This document shows positions 54,622 to 63,584 of a stretch of 64,000 nt of DNA, piece after piece (within the stretch, counting starts at the first letter, position 1; each line of letters starts with the position of its first letter). Under the pieces are notes generated by a model. The model saw only the letters and a program-made list of their open reading frames with translations. It searched no databases and was not told where the DNA came from. Position numbers and translations under genes: made by a program. The DNA comes from Candidatus Eiseniibacteriota bacterium. GTDB lineage: Bacteria; Eisenbacteria; RBG-16-71-46. The stretch is taken from positions 4,032,001 through 4,096,000 of the forward strand of contig OY970342.1 of NCBI GenBank assembly GCA_963717505.1. The letters run 5' to 3'.

Positions 54622-55527
54622 CTAGCGCGTAAAGACCACCCGATGCGAGATCGGCTGCTCGCTGCCGGGAATTGTCAGGCGAGCGAAGTAGACGCCTGAC
54701 GTCACCAGCGTCCCGTCGTCCATCCGTCCGTCCCACGAGGCCAATCCCCGCCCGGCGGGCTGGTCGCCAGTCACCAGCGTGCGCACGCGCCGGCCCTGTG
54801 CATCGAACACCGACAGGTCCATCCAGCCGCCTCGGGCGAGCGTGAAGTCCAGGGCCGTCTGCCCGCGGAAGGGATTGGGGCGCGCGGGCGCGAGGTCGTC
54901 GAGTGTCGCGATCGGACCGGCCGGCGCGTCGAGCGGCGGTTGAAAATCGGTGAAGGCCTGCTGGGTGTAGATGTGATCCCCCCCGAGGCCGTTGTTGTTG
55001 TTGGAAGCGTTCCCCGCGGCGAAGAAGAAGATCCGACCGATATCGACATTGGGCGCCAGCCACCGGATCGTCCATTCGATCGGCCCGTTGTCGCCGGCGT
55101 ACGTGCCTCCGGGAGTGTGCTGAACGTACCGTCTCGTCGCATAGACTCCCGTTCCGGGGACGATCTGGATGCCCGTGGTCCCGGTGACGGTGAACGTGCC
55201 CGCGCCTTGACCGTTGACCTCGCGTATCGCGGTCATTTCGAACCCCCATCGCCTCGGCGGATTGAAGTTCGAGGTCATGCGCACGCGCAGCCTGTAGATG
55301 GAATCGGGAACATAGAACTCGGGAACGTCGAGGAACTCGAGCGTGGCGCCCGGGCTGTTGAGCGGGAATGAGCCATGGCAATCCGTACAGTTGTCTTCAG
55401 CCGGCACGCCGCCGATCGCCGGCGCTCCGGTAAGGCTGGCAGGCGGCCCGGTTGAGAACGCGACGGCCATTGAAGCTCCGGTCACCAGTGCGATGACCGA
55501 CGCGAGTCGAACGATCCAGAGTCTCAT
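54622..55527 (-). CDS. Secreted Reeler-like (choice-of-anchor V type) protein with CxxCH and C-terminal FlgD-Ig domain
   Basis: AFSTGPP..LTGAP; NCTDCHG; WGFEMTA; WTIRWLAP; FFAAGNASN; tail ARPNPF...VFDAQGRRVRTL...WDGR...SGVYFARL. Confidence 0.8.
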   Translation of the reverse strand: MRLWIVRLASVIALVTGASMAVAFSTGPPASLTGAPAIGGVPAEDNCTDCHGSFPLNSPGATLEFLDVPEFYVPDSIYRLRVRMTSNFNPPRRWGFEMTAIREVNGQGAGTFTVTGTTGIQIVPGTGVYATRRYVQHTPGGTYAGDNGPIEWTIRWLAPNVDIGRIFFFAAGNASNNNNGLGGDHIYTQQAFTDFQPPLDAPAGPIATLDDLAPARPNPFRGQTALDFTLARGGWMDLSVFDAQGRRVRTLVTGDQPAGRGLASWDGRMDDGTLVTSGVYFARLTIPGSEQPISHRVVFTR

Positions 55528-55573
55528 GGACCCTCCAGAGCTCATCCAGCTGGAGCACCACCGAGTTCGTCGA

Positions 55574-57577
55574 TCATCGCACGACCAGGATCATCCTGGA
55601 TCCGCTGTCGTCCCCAGTGCGAACGCTCCAGAAGTATGCACCGGGCGCGACGCGGCCGCCGTGATCGTCGCGACCATCCCACGAGACTTGGTGCGTCCCG
55701 GGAGCGCGCGCCGCGTCGTCCAGCCGCCGCACGATGCGCCCCGCGAGGTCCCGAATCTCGATTCGCGTCCTGGCGGCCCGCGGGAGGGCGAACTCGAGTC
55801 GACCACCCTCCCGCATCGGGTTGGGCGCGCAGGTGAGCAGGTTGATGCCGGTCGCGGCCCCGTCCGGGACCGGACGCTCCCCGGGTTCCACGGCGAGCGG
55901 CACCGTTTCCGAGTTCCAGTGGCGCAGGAAACGACCGCTCGTGCTCGGGTAGTCCCACACGCCGGTGCAATAGTCGCAGTCGAAGTCGAACCAGGTGTAG
56001 CCCTGATCGGTCACCTGTCGGACCACGCCCATCTCCAGGTCGCGACAATCCGCTGCGAAGAGCGGTGGCCCCCCGAGCGGTGCGATCAGCGGGGTTTCGC
56101 GCCCGTGGAAGTCGGGGACCGGCTGGCCGAACGACGTCGAGTACTCCCCATCGTGAAGCGTCTGAACGTTGTATGCGTCGCTGAGCGTTCGATGCTTGCC
56201 GAACAGTTCCGCAACCTCCAATGCCCCCGACTCATACTGGGCGTAGTCGGATTCGTACTCCAAAGCAACGTCGTAGCTGCCGACTTGTACCGCAAAGGCG
56301 ATCGTGGCCTGGACCGTCCCGCCGTCCGGCACGTTTCGGAACGGACCGATCGAGCACCATGCCTGCTGATCGCCGATGACTCCCGACGGAGAGACGGAGA
56401 TGAAGCCCGATACGCCATCAATTCCCTCGGTACTGCTCATGAGCTGGAAGCGCTCGAGATCGTTGATCGGATTCCCGCCGGCGTTGAATGGAGTGCCCGC
56501 GAGGTAGCGCCGGAACGATCGGAAGCCCACGCGCGGAGGACCGCCGACTCCGGTCGGATCCACCGTGTGCCCCAACAACAGGAAAGTGGCCAGACCGCGG
56601 GTGGCCCCCGCGTCGCCGTTGTCGTCGGCGAACGAGAATCCGTTGATCCGCACCTTGACCCGTGGGCAGAGCGCCGAGTCGGGGGGCACGTCATAATTCA
56701 GGCTCGGGTGGTGCGGGTACTGGCGGCGGACGTCATCGACGTCGAGTGCGCGCACGAATTCTCCGCTCGGGAAGTTCGGCAGGTCACGATCGTCGGTGTA
56801 ATACAATGCTGTGGTGATGGGGCCGGCATCGGCGTCAACGCGCCAACCCAAGCTGAGGCTGTCGAGAACGTGTCCTGACTGGTTGATCACCGTGTACTCG
56901 ACGACGATGACGTTCGTATAGCCCGGCACGTCGTACGCCCAGGCGCGTTGGCGACACTCGAGCCCCAACGGCAGATGCATCGGCCCTACCGGGGGCTCCG
57001 AGAAGGACCCGTCGTCCCGCATGACACACGAAAACATCTGCTGACCGAGCGCCGCGTGATCTTCGTCGATCACTCCGTCGACATCGTTGTCGCGGCCATC
57101 CAGAAAGTCCTCGTCAATCAGCGGATGGAGGCCGCCGTAGTCCCCATCGTCGTTGCCGTCTGCCCAACCGTTGATCGCACCCTCGAACGTGTCGTAGATC
57201 CGGTCCGCGGGGTCGATCGTGGCCGGCCCCCACTCCCGGGAATAGCTCACGCGCCGCATGAGCGACGGGTTGGGCTCGAGGAGATCCACGGCGGCGACGG
57301 CGAACAGGACGGAATTGAGATACTCGATGCCCGAAGCCCCGGGCCACTGTGCGGAGGGATCGGCGGAGATGTTCGTGAACGGGTTGCCGATGATTCCCGC
57401 GTTCGTGACCTTGGCCGCCACGCGGCCCACGCTGAGCACATGGCCGGGCCCGAAGATGTCAGGCGGAGTGTTGATCGACGGTGGTGAGAGCGGGGTCGCG
57501 GCGGTGGCGAGATCCGCGGCCACCAGGATCGCGAACCATGCCGGCAGGTTTCGCTTCGAGACGAGCGGTTGGATCAC
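55574..57577 (-). CDS. Large secreted protein with acidic Ca-binding-like motifs and C-terminal FlgD-Ig domain
   Basis: VTNAGIIG; SAQWPGASGIEYL; DEDFLDGRDNDVDGVIDED; tail APNPMR...DLAGRIVRRL...WDGRDDHG..VAPGAYF. Start codon uncertain. Confidence 0.75.
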   Translation of the reverse strand: MIQPLVSKRNLPAWFAILVAADLATAATPLSPPSINTPPDIFGPGHVLSVGRVAAKVTNAGIIGNPFTNISADPSAQWPGASGIEYLNSVLFAVAAVDLLEPNPSLMRRVSYSREWGPATIDPADRIYDTFEGAINGWADGNDDGDYGGLHPLIDEDFLDGRDNDVDGVIDEDHAALGQQMFSCVMRDDGSFSEPPVGPMHLPLGLECRQRAWAYDVPGYTNVIVVEYTVINQSGHVLDSLSLGWRVDADAGPITTALYYTDDRDLPNFPSGEFVRALDVDDVRRQYPHHPSLNYDVPPDSALCPRVKVRINGFSFADDNGDAGATRGLATFLLLGHTVDPTGVGGPPRVGFRSFRRYLAGTPFNAGGNPINDLERFQLMSSTEGIDGVSGFISVSPSGVIGDQQAWCSIGPFRNVPDGGTVQATIAFAVQVGSYDVALEYESDYAQYESGALEVAELFGKHRTLSDAYNVQTLHDGEYSTSFGQPVPDFHGRETPLIAPLGGPPLFAADCRDLEMGVVRQVTDQGYTWFDFDCDYCTGVWDYPSTSGRFLRHWNSETVPLAVEPGERPVPDGAATGINLLTCAPNPMREGGRLEFALPRAARTRIEIRDLAGRIVRRLDDAARAPGTHQVSWDGRDDHGGRVAPGAYFWSVRTGDDSGSRMILVVR

Positions 57578-57689
57578 GGCGACGGCCTCCTTCGATCGCC
57601 AGGTTGGCCCGGTCGCCCTCGATGCTACACCCGTCGCGAGCCCGTCACGAGCGCAATCACGCCCGGTGGGGCAGCCCACCGCGGGGTGA

Positions 57690-58445
57690 TCAGTTGCACT
57701 TGCCGATACAGAAGAATGGCGGCGAAAACAGCATCATGCCGATCTCCCATCCCGCGCCGGCGTCGCCTTCGAACTCCTGGTCGTAGGTGATTGCGAACAC
57801 GGCGTACGGGTTAGGCTCCCAACGGAAGCCTACGCGGTACTCGGGCGGCGCCGTGCCCTCGCCTTCTGCGCCCACCACCTCGCCGACGATCGACCAGGTC
57901 GGGCTGGTCGGATACCAGGCCAGGCGGGTGGCGTAGGTGAAGACCCACTCAGTGCTGTTCTCTTGGCCGAAGTCGGTCGTCATACTCGCCCCGGGCATGA
58001 CGTCCAACGACAGCTTGTTGTCGAACATCGGGATGGTGGCCGGGGCGTTCGTCCAATACGTACGGAAAGCGTCCTTCAGCCGGTTCTCCTCGTTTTGGTA
58101 GCCGGGATCGAGTCCGGTCCCCGCCTTCATCGCGAAACCTCCCGTCTTGGCTGCGTTCTCCAGGAACATGTATTTCGCATAGAAGGACGTCGAGTAACCG
58201 TCGTCGGTCGAGGGATCGCGATCGTCGTCGTAGATGTAAGCAGCCCCGGTGAACTCCCAGCGCGGCAGCAGCGAGAACGTGTTCATGAACATCGAGTTGC
58301 GCTCGCCATAGGTCATGATGATGGTGGCCATGCCGTGAGGTTTCGAAAGATAGCTGTCGGAATTGAACTGCTGTGCGTCGGCACGGCCTCCGATCAGCGC
58401 CGCGAGGGAAAGGGCAAGCGCCATCGTGAGCTTCAACCGGTCCAT
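57690..58445 (-). CDS. Secreted hypothetical protein, probable beta-barrel
   Basis: Signal peptide ending ADA|QQFNSD; aromatic amphipathic strands (EYRVGFRWE, WEIGMMLF). Confidence 0.65.
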   Translation of the reverse strand: MDRLKLTMALALSLAALIGGRADAQQFNSDSYLSKPHGMATIIMTYGERNSMFMNTFSLLPRWEFTGAAYIYDDDRDPSTDDGYSTSFYAKYMFLENAAKTGGFAMKAGTGLDPGYQNEENRLKDAFRTYWTNAPATIPMFDNKLSLDVMPGASMTTDFGQENSTEWVFTYATRLAWYPTSPTWSIVGEVVGAEGEGTAPPEYRVGFRWEPNPYAVFAITYDQEFEGDAGAGWEIGMMLFSPPFFCIGKCN

Positions 58446-58610
58446 CACCGCCTCCGTTTTCGTGAATCTTGGCCGCGCGAGGGTTCGGGTCATGTCCTGC
58501 GAGGCAGACCACGACTGTAGCGGCTTCGTCTCTTGGAACGGAAGCTAGCACGCGCCATCAGACACCAGCCAGTATCTGCGCCAACGCGCGAGCGGGACGC
58601 CGCTTGAACT

Positions 58611-59294
58611 TCATCGCCGCACGAAGGTAAACGTACCCAGAATCGGCACGACCCCGTTGACCTTGAAGATCCCTTCCTCGAGCGCAGCAACCGGCACGTG
58701 CGGCATGGATGGCGCATTCATCGCGATGTAGGTCGTGCCGTCGTCGGTGCCGGCGTCCCAACCGCGCAGGTCGACGACCAACGAGTCGACCCAGCCGTCG
58801 TTCACCAGCAGTGGCAGTCCGGCGACGCCCACGAACCAGTCGGGGCTCGGCGCAACCATGGTGACGAGCGTCACTCGTGGATGGCTGACCGCGATTTCGA
58901 AGTCGAGCGATACGCTGCCCGGCGATCGCGCGACGGCGCCGCCCGAGAGCGTGTCCTGCGCGGTGCCCGCCGAGATCGCGGTGGAGACTTCGGTGTCGAG
59001 CGGGGTCTTCGATCCCAACTCGGCCATGTCCTGGATGCCGCGAGAGGCCTGAGCGCCGCTCACCCAGAAAGTGACACGGTCGTCGTGCGTTGCGCCGATG
59101 AGGCCCGAGAAATGGGCGCTGGCGGGGAAGTCCTGAGGGTGGGTCGTGGCGCTCCACGTGGCGGTGAAGGTCACGGTGTATCGGGCTACTGAGTCCGGTT
59201 GCGGCATCGAGGCGACCGGGTTGTCGTCGGGCGAGCAGCCGCCCGACACGGCGGCGAGTCCCAAGAGCAGGATGGTCGTGGTGCGCAGTTTCAT
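58611..59294 (-). CDS. Spondin_N domain lipoprotein
   Basis: Lipobox-like SGGC; ARYTVTFTATWS..THP; HFSGLIGATH; ASRGIQDMAELG; TMVAPSPDWFVG; WDAGTDDGTTY. Confidence 0.88.
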   Translation of the reverse strand: MKLRTTTILLLGLAAVSGGCSPDDNPVASMPQPDSVARYTVTFTATWSATTHPQDFPASAHFSGLIGATHDDRVTFWVSGAQASRGIQDMAELGSKTPLDTEVSTAISAGTAQDTLSGGAVARSPGSVSLDFEIAVSHPRVTLVTMVAPSPDWFVGVAGLPLLVNDGWVDSLVVDLRGWDAGTDDGTTYIAMNAPSMPHVPVAALEEGIFKVNGVVPILGTFTFVRR

Positions 59295-59586
59295 ACGCCC
59301 TAGGGTACGCCAGATGCGATACGGCGTGACGCGCCCGCGGACGACCTCCGTCGAGCTCGACCGCACCCCGAGAAGCCGACGCCGGTGGAACGCGTGACCG
59401 GCGGCCTCGCGCGAATCTACGGCACGGATTCCCTTGCGACCGGTTCCAGAATCCGGCATCGTTGCGCCGCGCGCAGGGCGCCTCCCGTCCGTGGAAAGGG
59501 ACTCTCCCACCTGAACCGCTGCACCATCGACAGCTACGAACCCCCAGCCCAAACGTGCGGACACGGGCGACCTCGAGGGTCGTAGT

Positions 59587-61209
59587 ATGTCCACTCCCGA
59601 TCGGGAGCCCGAAGCTCCCTCGTTCGAGCGCGTTCGCGAAGCCGCCAAGGCGCTGACCCGAGCCTGTCGTTCCGGTGACGCCGCCGCACTGAAGCGCGTG
59701 CAGGCGCAACTCCCCCGACTCTCATCACTCGATGCCCCCACCGCCGCCTCGCGGGTCCGACTCGCCGACGTCCAGCATGCGCTGGCGCGCGAGGCCGGGC
59801 TGGAGAATTGGGCGGCGCTCAAGTCCCTGGTTCAGTCGCAGGAGCCTCTGATCGCCCAGGTCGCGCGCTTCCTGCGCGCGCTGCCCGAGGGCGACCTCGC
59901 GACCATGCGACGTGTGATCGAGCACTTCCCGCAGGTGGCAAAGTCGAGCGTCCACGCCGCGGCCGCCGCGTGCGACACCGCCGCGTTCGAAGCATGGATC
60001 GCGCACGACCCGGCTTCGGCGCTCGCCAAGTTCCGCGACACCGGCTGGACGCCCCTCGACTGCCTTGCCGCCTCGCCCATGTTCTCGATCGACGACACCT
60101 ATCGCGATGCGAGTGTGGCGATCGGGCGACGGCTGCTCGAGCGTGGCGCCGACCCCAACACGTTCACCACGTTCGAGGGTGACGGAAAGTCGAAGCTCAC
60201 GGCGCTCTATCGCGCGAGCGAACAGGGCAACACCGGACTGGTGCGGCTGCTCCTCGAGGCGGGCGCAAAGCCCAACGACGGCGAGTCGGCCTATCACGCG
60301 GCCGAGCGCAACCATCGCGACGTGCTCGAACTGCTGCTCGCCCACGGTGCCGAGATCTCGGCGGCGCATCAGCCGTGGAACAACACCATCCTCTATTTCC
60401 TCGCCGGCTATCGCGACGACCACTTCCGTGCGCGCGAAGCGACTGCCGGCATGCAGTGGCTGCTCGAGCACGGCGCCGATCCGAACGTGCCGAGCTACGA
60501 TCATCGGGAGACGCCTCTGCACCGGATCGCCGCGTTCGGACGTGGCGTCGCGATCGCCGAGCTGCTGCTCGCCCACGGCGCCAATCCACGTCAACCGCGA
60601 GCCGACGGCAGGCTTCCCTACGAGCTGGCGATGCGCGTGGGCAACGCGCCGGTCGCCGACCTCCTGCGCTCGCTCGGCGCCGGAGTCGAGGCGCTGCGGC
60701 CGGTCGACGCGCTCTTGCACGCGTGCGCGACCGGCGATCAGGCCGCCGCGCAACACAGCATCGAAGCCAATCCTGGCGTGCGCGCCGAGCTGCTCGAGAG
60801 GGAGCATGAGGCGATACTGCGGGCAGTGGAGTCGGGTAACGCCGGCGCGGTCGGCGTCCTCGCGACGTTGGGATTCGACCTCGGCGCCGAGGGTCCGTGG
60901 GGCGGCACGGCGCTGCACTGGGCGTCGTGGAACGGCCGCGTCGAGCTTGCGCGCGCACTGCTCGCGGCCGGCGCGCCGGTCAACGTGCGTGACAAGACCT
61001 ACGGCAGCTCACCGATCGCGTGGACGGCGCACGGCTCCGTTCACTGTCGCCCGGCGGACGACGAGTACATCGCGATCATCGACCTGCTGCTCGAGGCAGG
61101 CTCCGAGCGCGAACCGTCCTACAACAAGTGGAACGAGCCACCGGAGTCGCTGGCGAGCGAGGCGGTTGCGGATCATCTCAGGGTTCGTGGGTTCGCTCCC
61201 CCGGATTGA
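59587..61209 (+). CDS. Ankyrin repeat protein
   Basis: Repeated LLERGADPN, LLEAGAKPN, LLEHGADPN, ETPLH, GGTALHWASWNG motifs. Confidence 0.92.
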   Translation: MSTPDREPEAPSFERVREAAKALTRACRSGDAAALKRVQAQLPRLSSLDAPTAASRVRLADVQHALAREAGLENWAALKSLVQSQEPLIAQVARFLRALPEGDLATMRRVIEHFPQVAKSSVHAAAAACDTAAFEAWIAHDPASALAKFRDTGWTPLDCLAASPMFSIDDTYRDASVAIGRRLLERGADPNTFTTFEGDGKSKLTALYRASEQGNTGLVRLLLEAGAKPNDGESAYHAAERNHRDVLELLLAHGAEISAAHQPWNNTILYFLAGYRDDHFRAREATAGMQWLLEHGADPNVPSYDHRETPLHRIAAFGRGVAIAELLLAHGANPRQPRADGRLPYELAMRVGNAPVADLLRSLGAGVEALRPVDALLHACATGDQAAAQHSIEANPGVRAELLEREHEAILRAVESGNAGAVGVLATLGFDLGAEGPWGGTALHWASWNGRVELARALLAAGAPVNVRDKTYGSSPIAWTAHGSVHCRPADDEYIAIIDLLLEAGSEREPSYNKWNEPPESLASEAVADHLRVRGFAPPD

Positions 61210-61278
61210 GGCTGTTCCATCAGAGGAAAGCGATCGGCTCGATGGTCCTTCCGAGCGAGCCGTCGTAGAGTGACGGAC

Positions 61279-62154
61279 ATGAAGACTGCGCAAACACTTG
61301 TGGCGAGATTTCTCTCGCCGGTCATGGTCGGCGCGGCCTCCATCCTGCTCGCGACCACCGCCGCGGCCCAGAGCGCATCCGACACCTTCACCCGCAACCA
61401 CGAAGACGGCGAAACGACGCTGCGCTTCCACCGCGGGCGCTTCCACTACGCGCTGATCCTCGATGGCCGCCCAAGCGTGAACGCGGGACGCGATCTGGTG
61501 ACCGCTGGGGGTCGCCGCATCCCGCTCAATTCGAGCGGGCGCTCGATCTGGATCGACGGAGCCAAGTTCGAGCTGCCGTTCGGCGCGGTGTTCCTGGTGT
61601 CCACCAGGGATTCGACGCCGGCGCGCCAACTCGAATTCAATGCCATGCGCGGCCGGCTCCTGCTGGATCAGGCGGCGGCCTCGCCTCTCGTCACCGAATG
61701 GCTCCACGAGCTCGGCAACCCCAGCGACACAGTGACCCGCGGCGCGGTTCAGGCGGCCACCTACCCGCGCCACACGCTGGAGCTCACCGAGTGGTCGTAC
61801 CACGGCGTGCATGCGTTGACCTGCGTGGTGAGTGGCGAGCCCCTGTTCGTCCTGTACTCGCAGGCATCGCTCCATGGTGGCAGCTCGACGCAGACTTTGT
61901 TCGGAAACCTGGCCTCGGTGGATGTTCAGGTGGGCGACAAGGACGACCGCCGAACCTGGCGCGCGACGCCCTCGCAAGCCGCCTTCGCCAACCGCACCTA
62001 CGAGTTCTCGAGGGGACGTGTCTTTTTGATCGCGAAAGGCGGCGAGGTCACTCAGGTGCCGGCCGCTCTCGACCTGGGACCGGCGTCCGCCAACCGGATT
62101 GCTGACGAGATCGAACGCATTCCCGAGGTTCGGGCGTTTCTGCGGCTGAAGTAG
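61279..62154 (+). CDS. Secreted hypothetical protein with an apparent internal duplication
   Basis: Signal peptide (ILLATTAAA|Q); two similar halves. Confidence 0.65.
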   Translation: MKTAQTLVARFLSPVMVGAASILLATTAAAQSASDTFTRNHEDGETTLRFHRGRFHYALILDGRPSVNAGRDLVTAGGRRIPLNSSGRSIWIDGAKFELPFGAVFLVSTRDSTPARQLEFNAMRGRLLLDQAAASPLVTEWLHELGNPSDTVTRGAVQAATYPRHTLELTEWSYHGVHALTCVVSGEPLFVLYSQASLHGGSSTQTLFGNLASVDVQVGDKDDRRTWRATPSQAAFANRTYEFSRGRVFLIAKGGEVTQVPAALDLGPASANRIADEIERIPEVRAFLRLK

Positions 62155-62224
62155 CCGGGGCCGTCGGTTTCCTTGGCGGCCGCTACCGGATCCGTCGCGT
62201 GGTAGCATTCCGACGTCGAAACCT

Positions 62225-62797
62225 ATGGCGCATCCGCAGACCAAAGCAGAGATTCTCGCGGCCCTCGAGTCCAACGCGTCGACCATTGTCGAGTTCTTTT
62301 CGACGCAGCCCGAAGCGAGGCTGCTGGGCGGCGACTCGGACCACTGGGGGCCGCTCCACCATCTCGTCCACCTGACTCGGACCAGCGCCGCCATCCAGCG
62401 CGGCCTGCGGTCCAAATCCCTGCCCACGCATCCCACCCGGCGATCTCGCCCCTACGCCGAAGTACGTGACGCCGGCGCAGCCTCGTTGGTCGCCACCCCC
62501 AAGGAAAAGCTGCTCGAGATGGGCCGCGTCGTCGAGGTTGCGCCGGACGCCGATCGAGCGCGGCTGGTGGGTGACTACTTGCAGGCGAGCGCGGACCTCC
62601 GCACCGCTGCCGCGGACTGGTCCGAGGACGCCCTCGATCTTCAGGCGATGCCGCACCCGCTCATCGGGCTATTGACCGTGCGCGAGATGCTGCTCTTCTG
62701 CGTGTTTCACGAGCGACATCATCTGAAACAAGTACGAACCAGGCTCGATGCATCCACTGAGGGCGAAGCGGGGTCCTCGGCCAAACCCTCGGCTTAG
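62225..62797 (+). CDS. DinB family protein
   Basis: WGPLHHLVHL; PHPLIGLLTVREMLLFCVFHERHHLKQV. Confidence 0.88.
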   Translation: MAHPQTKAEILAALESNASTIVEFFSTQPEARLLGGDSDHWGPLHHLVHLTRTSAAIQRGLRSKSLPTHPTRRSRPYAEVRDAGAASLVATPKEKLLEMGRVVEVAPDADRARLVGDYLQASADLRTAAADWSEDALDLQAMPHPLIGLLTVREMLLFCVFHERHHLKQVRTRLDASTEGEAGSSAKPSA

Positions 62798-63273
62798 GGA
62801 TCTCCGCGCCGGTCCCGGTGGCGATCCGTCTGATCCCACTGGGGCGCAAAGCAGGAGACCACGACCGCGCCCTTGTCGCCGGCCAGCGCACCATGCGGCA
62901 CACCCGCGGGAATCAGGACCACCGAACCGGGCTGAAATTTGATCAGGTCCTCGCCGAGTTTGAACGTGCAGGATCCACTCACCACGTGAGCGATCTCATC
63001 GTGCGTCTTGTGGACATGGCCCAGGATCCGGGTATGGGGCCCGAGCTGGGCCAACGCCACCGTGACGTTCTTGCCGTTTCCCAGGGGAACGACCTGCAAG
63101 GAGCTGTCCTTCACGACCGGGAGCTTCTTGAGCATCGAGCCGATGTCCATCCAGGAAGGGTCGTACTCCTTGTTGGGGACGACCTTCACCACCTCCTGAC
63201 CACCGACCATCGGGGGAATCAGGGACAGCATCACGACAGCCGCGCCGGCCACCAGCACAAGTGGAACCCTCAT
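62794..63273 (-). CDS. Cupin domain protein with signal peptide
   Basis: HVHKTHDEIAHVVSG and PGSVVLIPAGVPHG cupin motifs; hydrophobic N-terminus. Confidence 0.85.
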   Translation of the reverse strand: MRVPLVLVAGAAVVMLSLIPPMVGGQEVVKVVPNKEYDPSWMDIGSMLKKLPVVKDSSLQVVPLGNGKNVTVALAQLGPHTRILGHVHKTHDEIAHVVSGSCTFKLGEDLIKFQPGSVVLIPAGVPHGALAGDKGAVVVSCFAPQWDQTDRHRDRRGDP

Positions 63274-63355
63274 CGCAGTCCTCCTTTCGCAGATTGAAAG
63301 ACCTAAAGCTAACACGCTCTGGAGCTAGCTACTTTAGGCAAGCCTGACGCGACAT

Positions 63356-63460
63356 CCCAAATGCCTCGACGTCGCTGCGCTCCTGGGTCCACGCCAGATA
63401 GAGCGCCGATCCGGTCATGTGCTCCCAGCGGAACACGGCGTTGCCTCGCAGTGACTTGAA
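63356..63460 (-). pseudogene. Isolated fragment resembling the C-terminal part of DUF5916-type outer-membrane proteins
   Basis: FKSLRGNAVFRWEHMTGSALYLAWTQERSD resembles the N.V.RWEY.PGS.LY.VW.Q motif; no start or upstream body. Confidence 0.5.
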
Positions 63461-63584
63461 CCTCCCCGAGGACATGCCGGCCGAGATTCCGATTGATGGG
63501 GGCAAGGTGCGGGCGTAGCCTTTTAGTGCGCCGCCGGAGGTAGTCCGCCTCTTTCCACGGCGCCCAGCCAGCGCGAGGTCCCCC

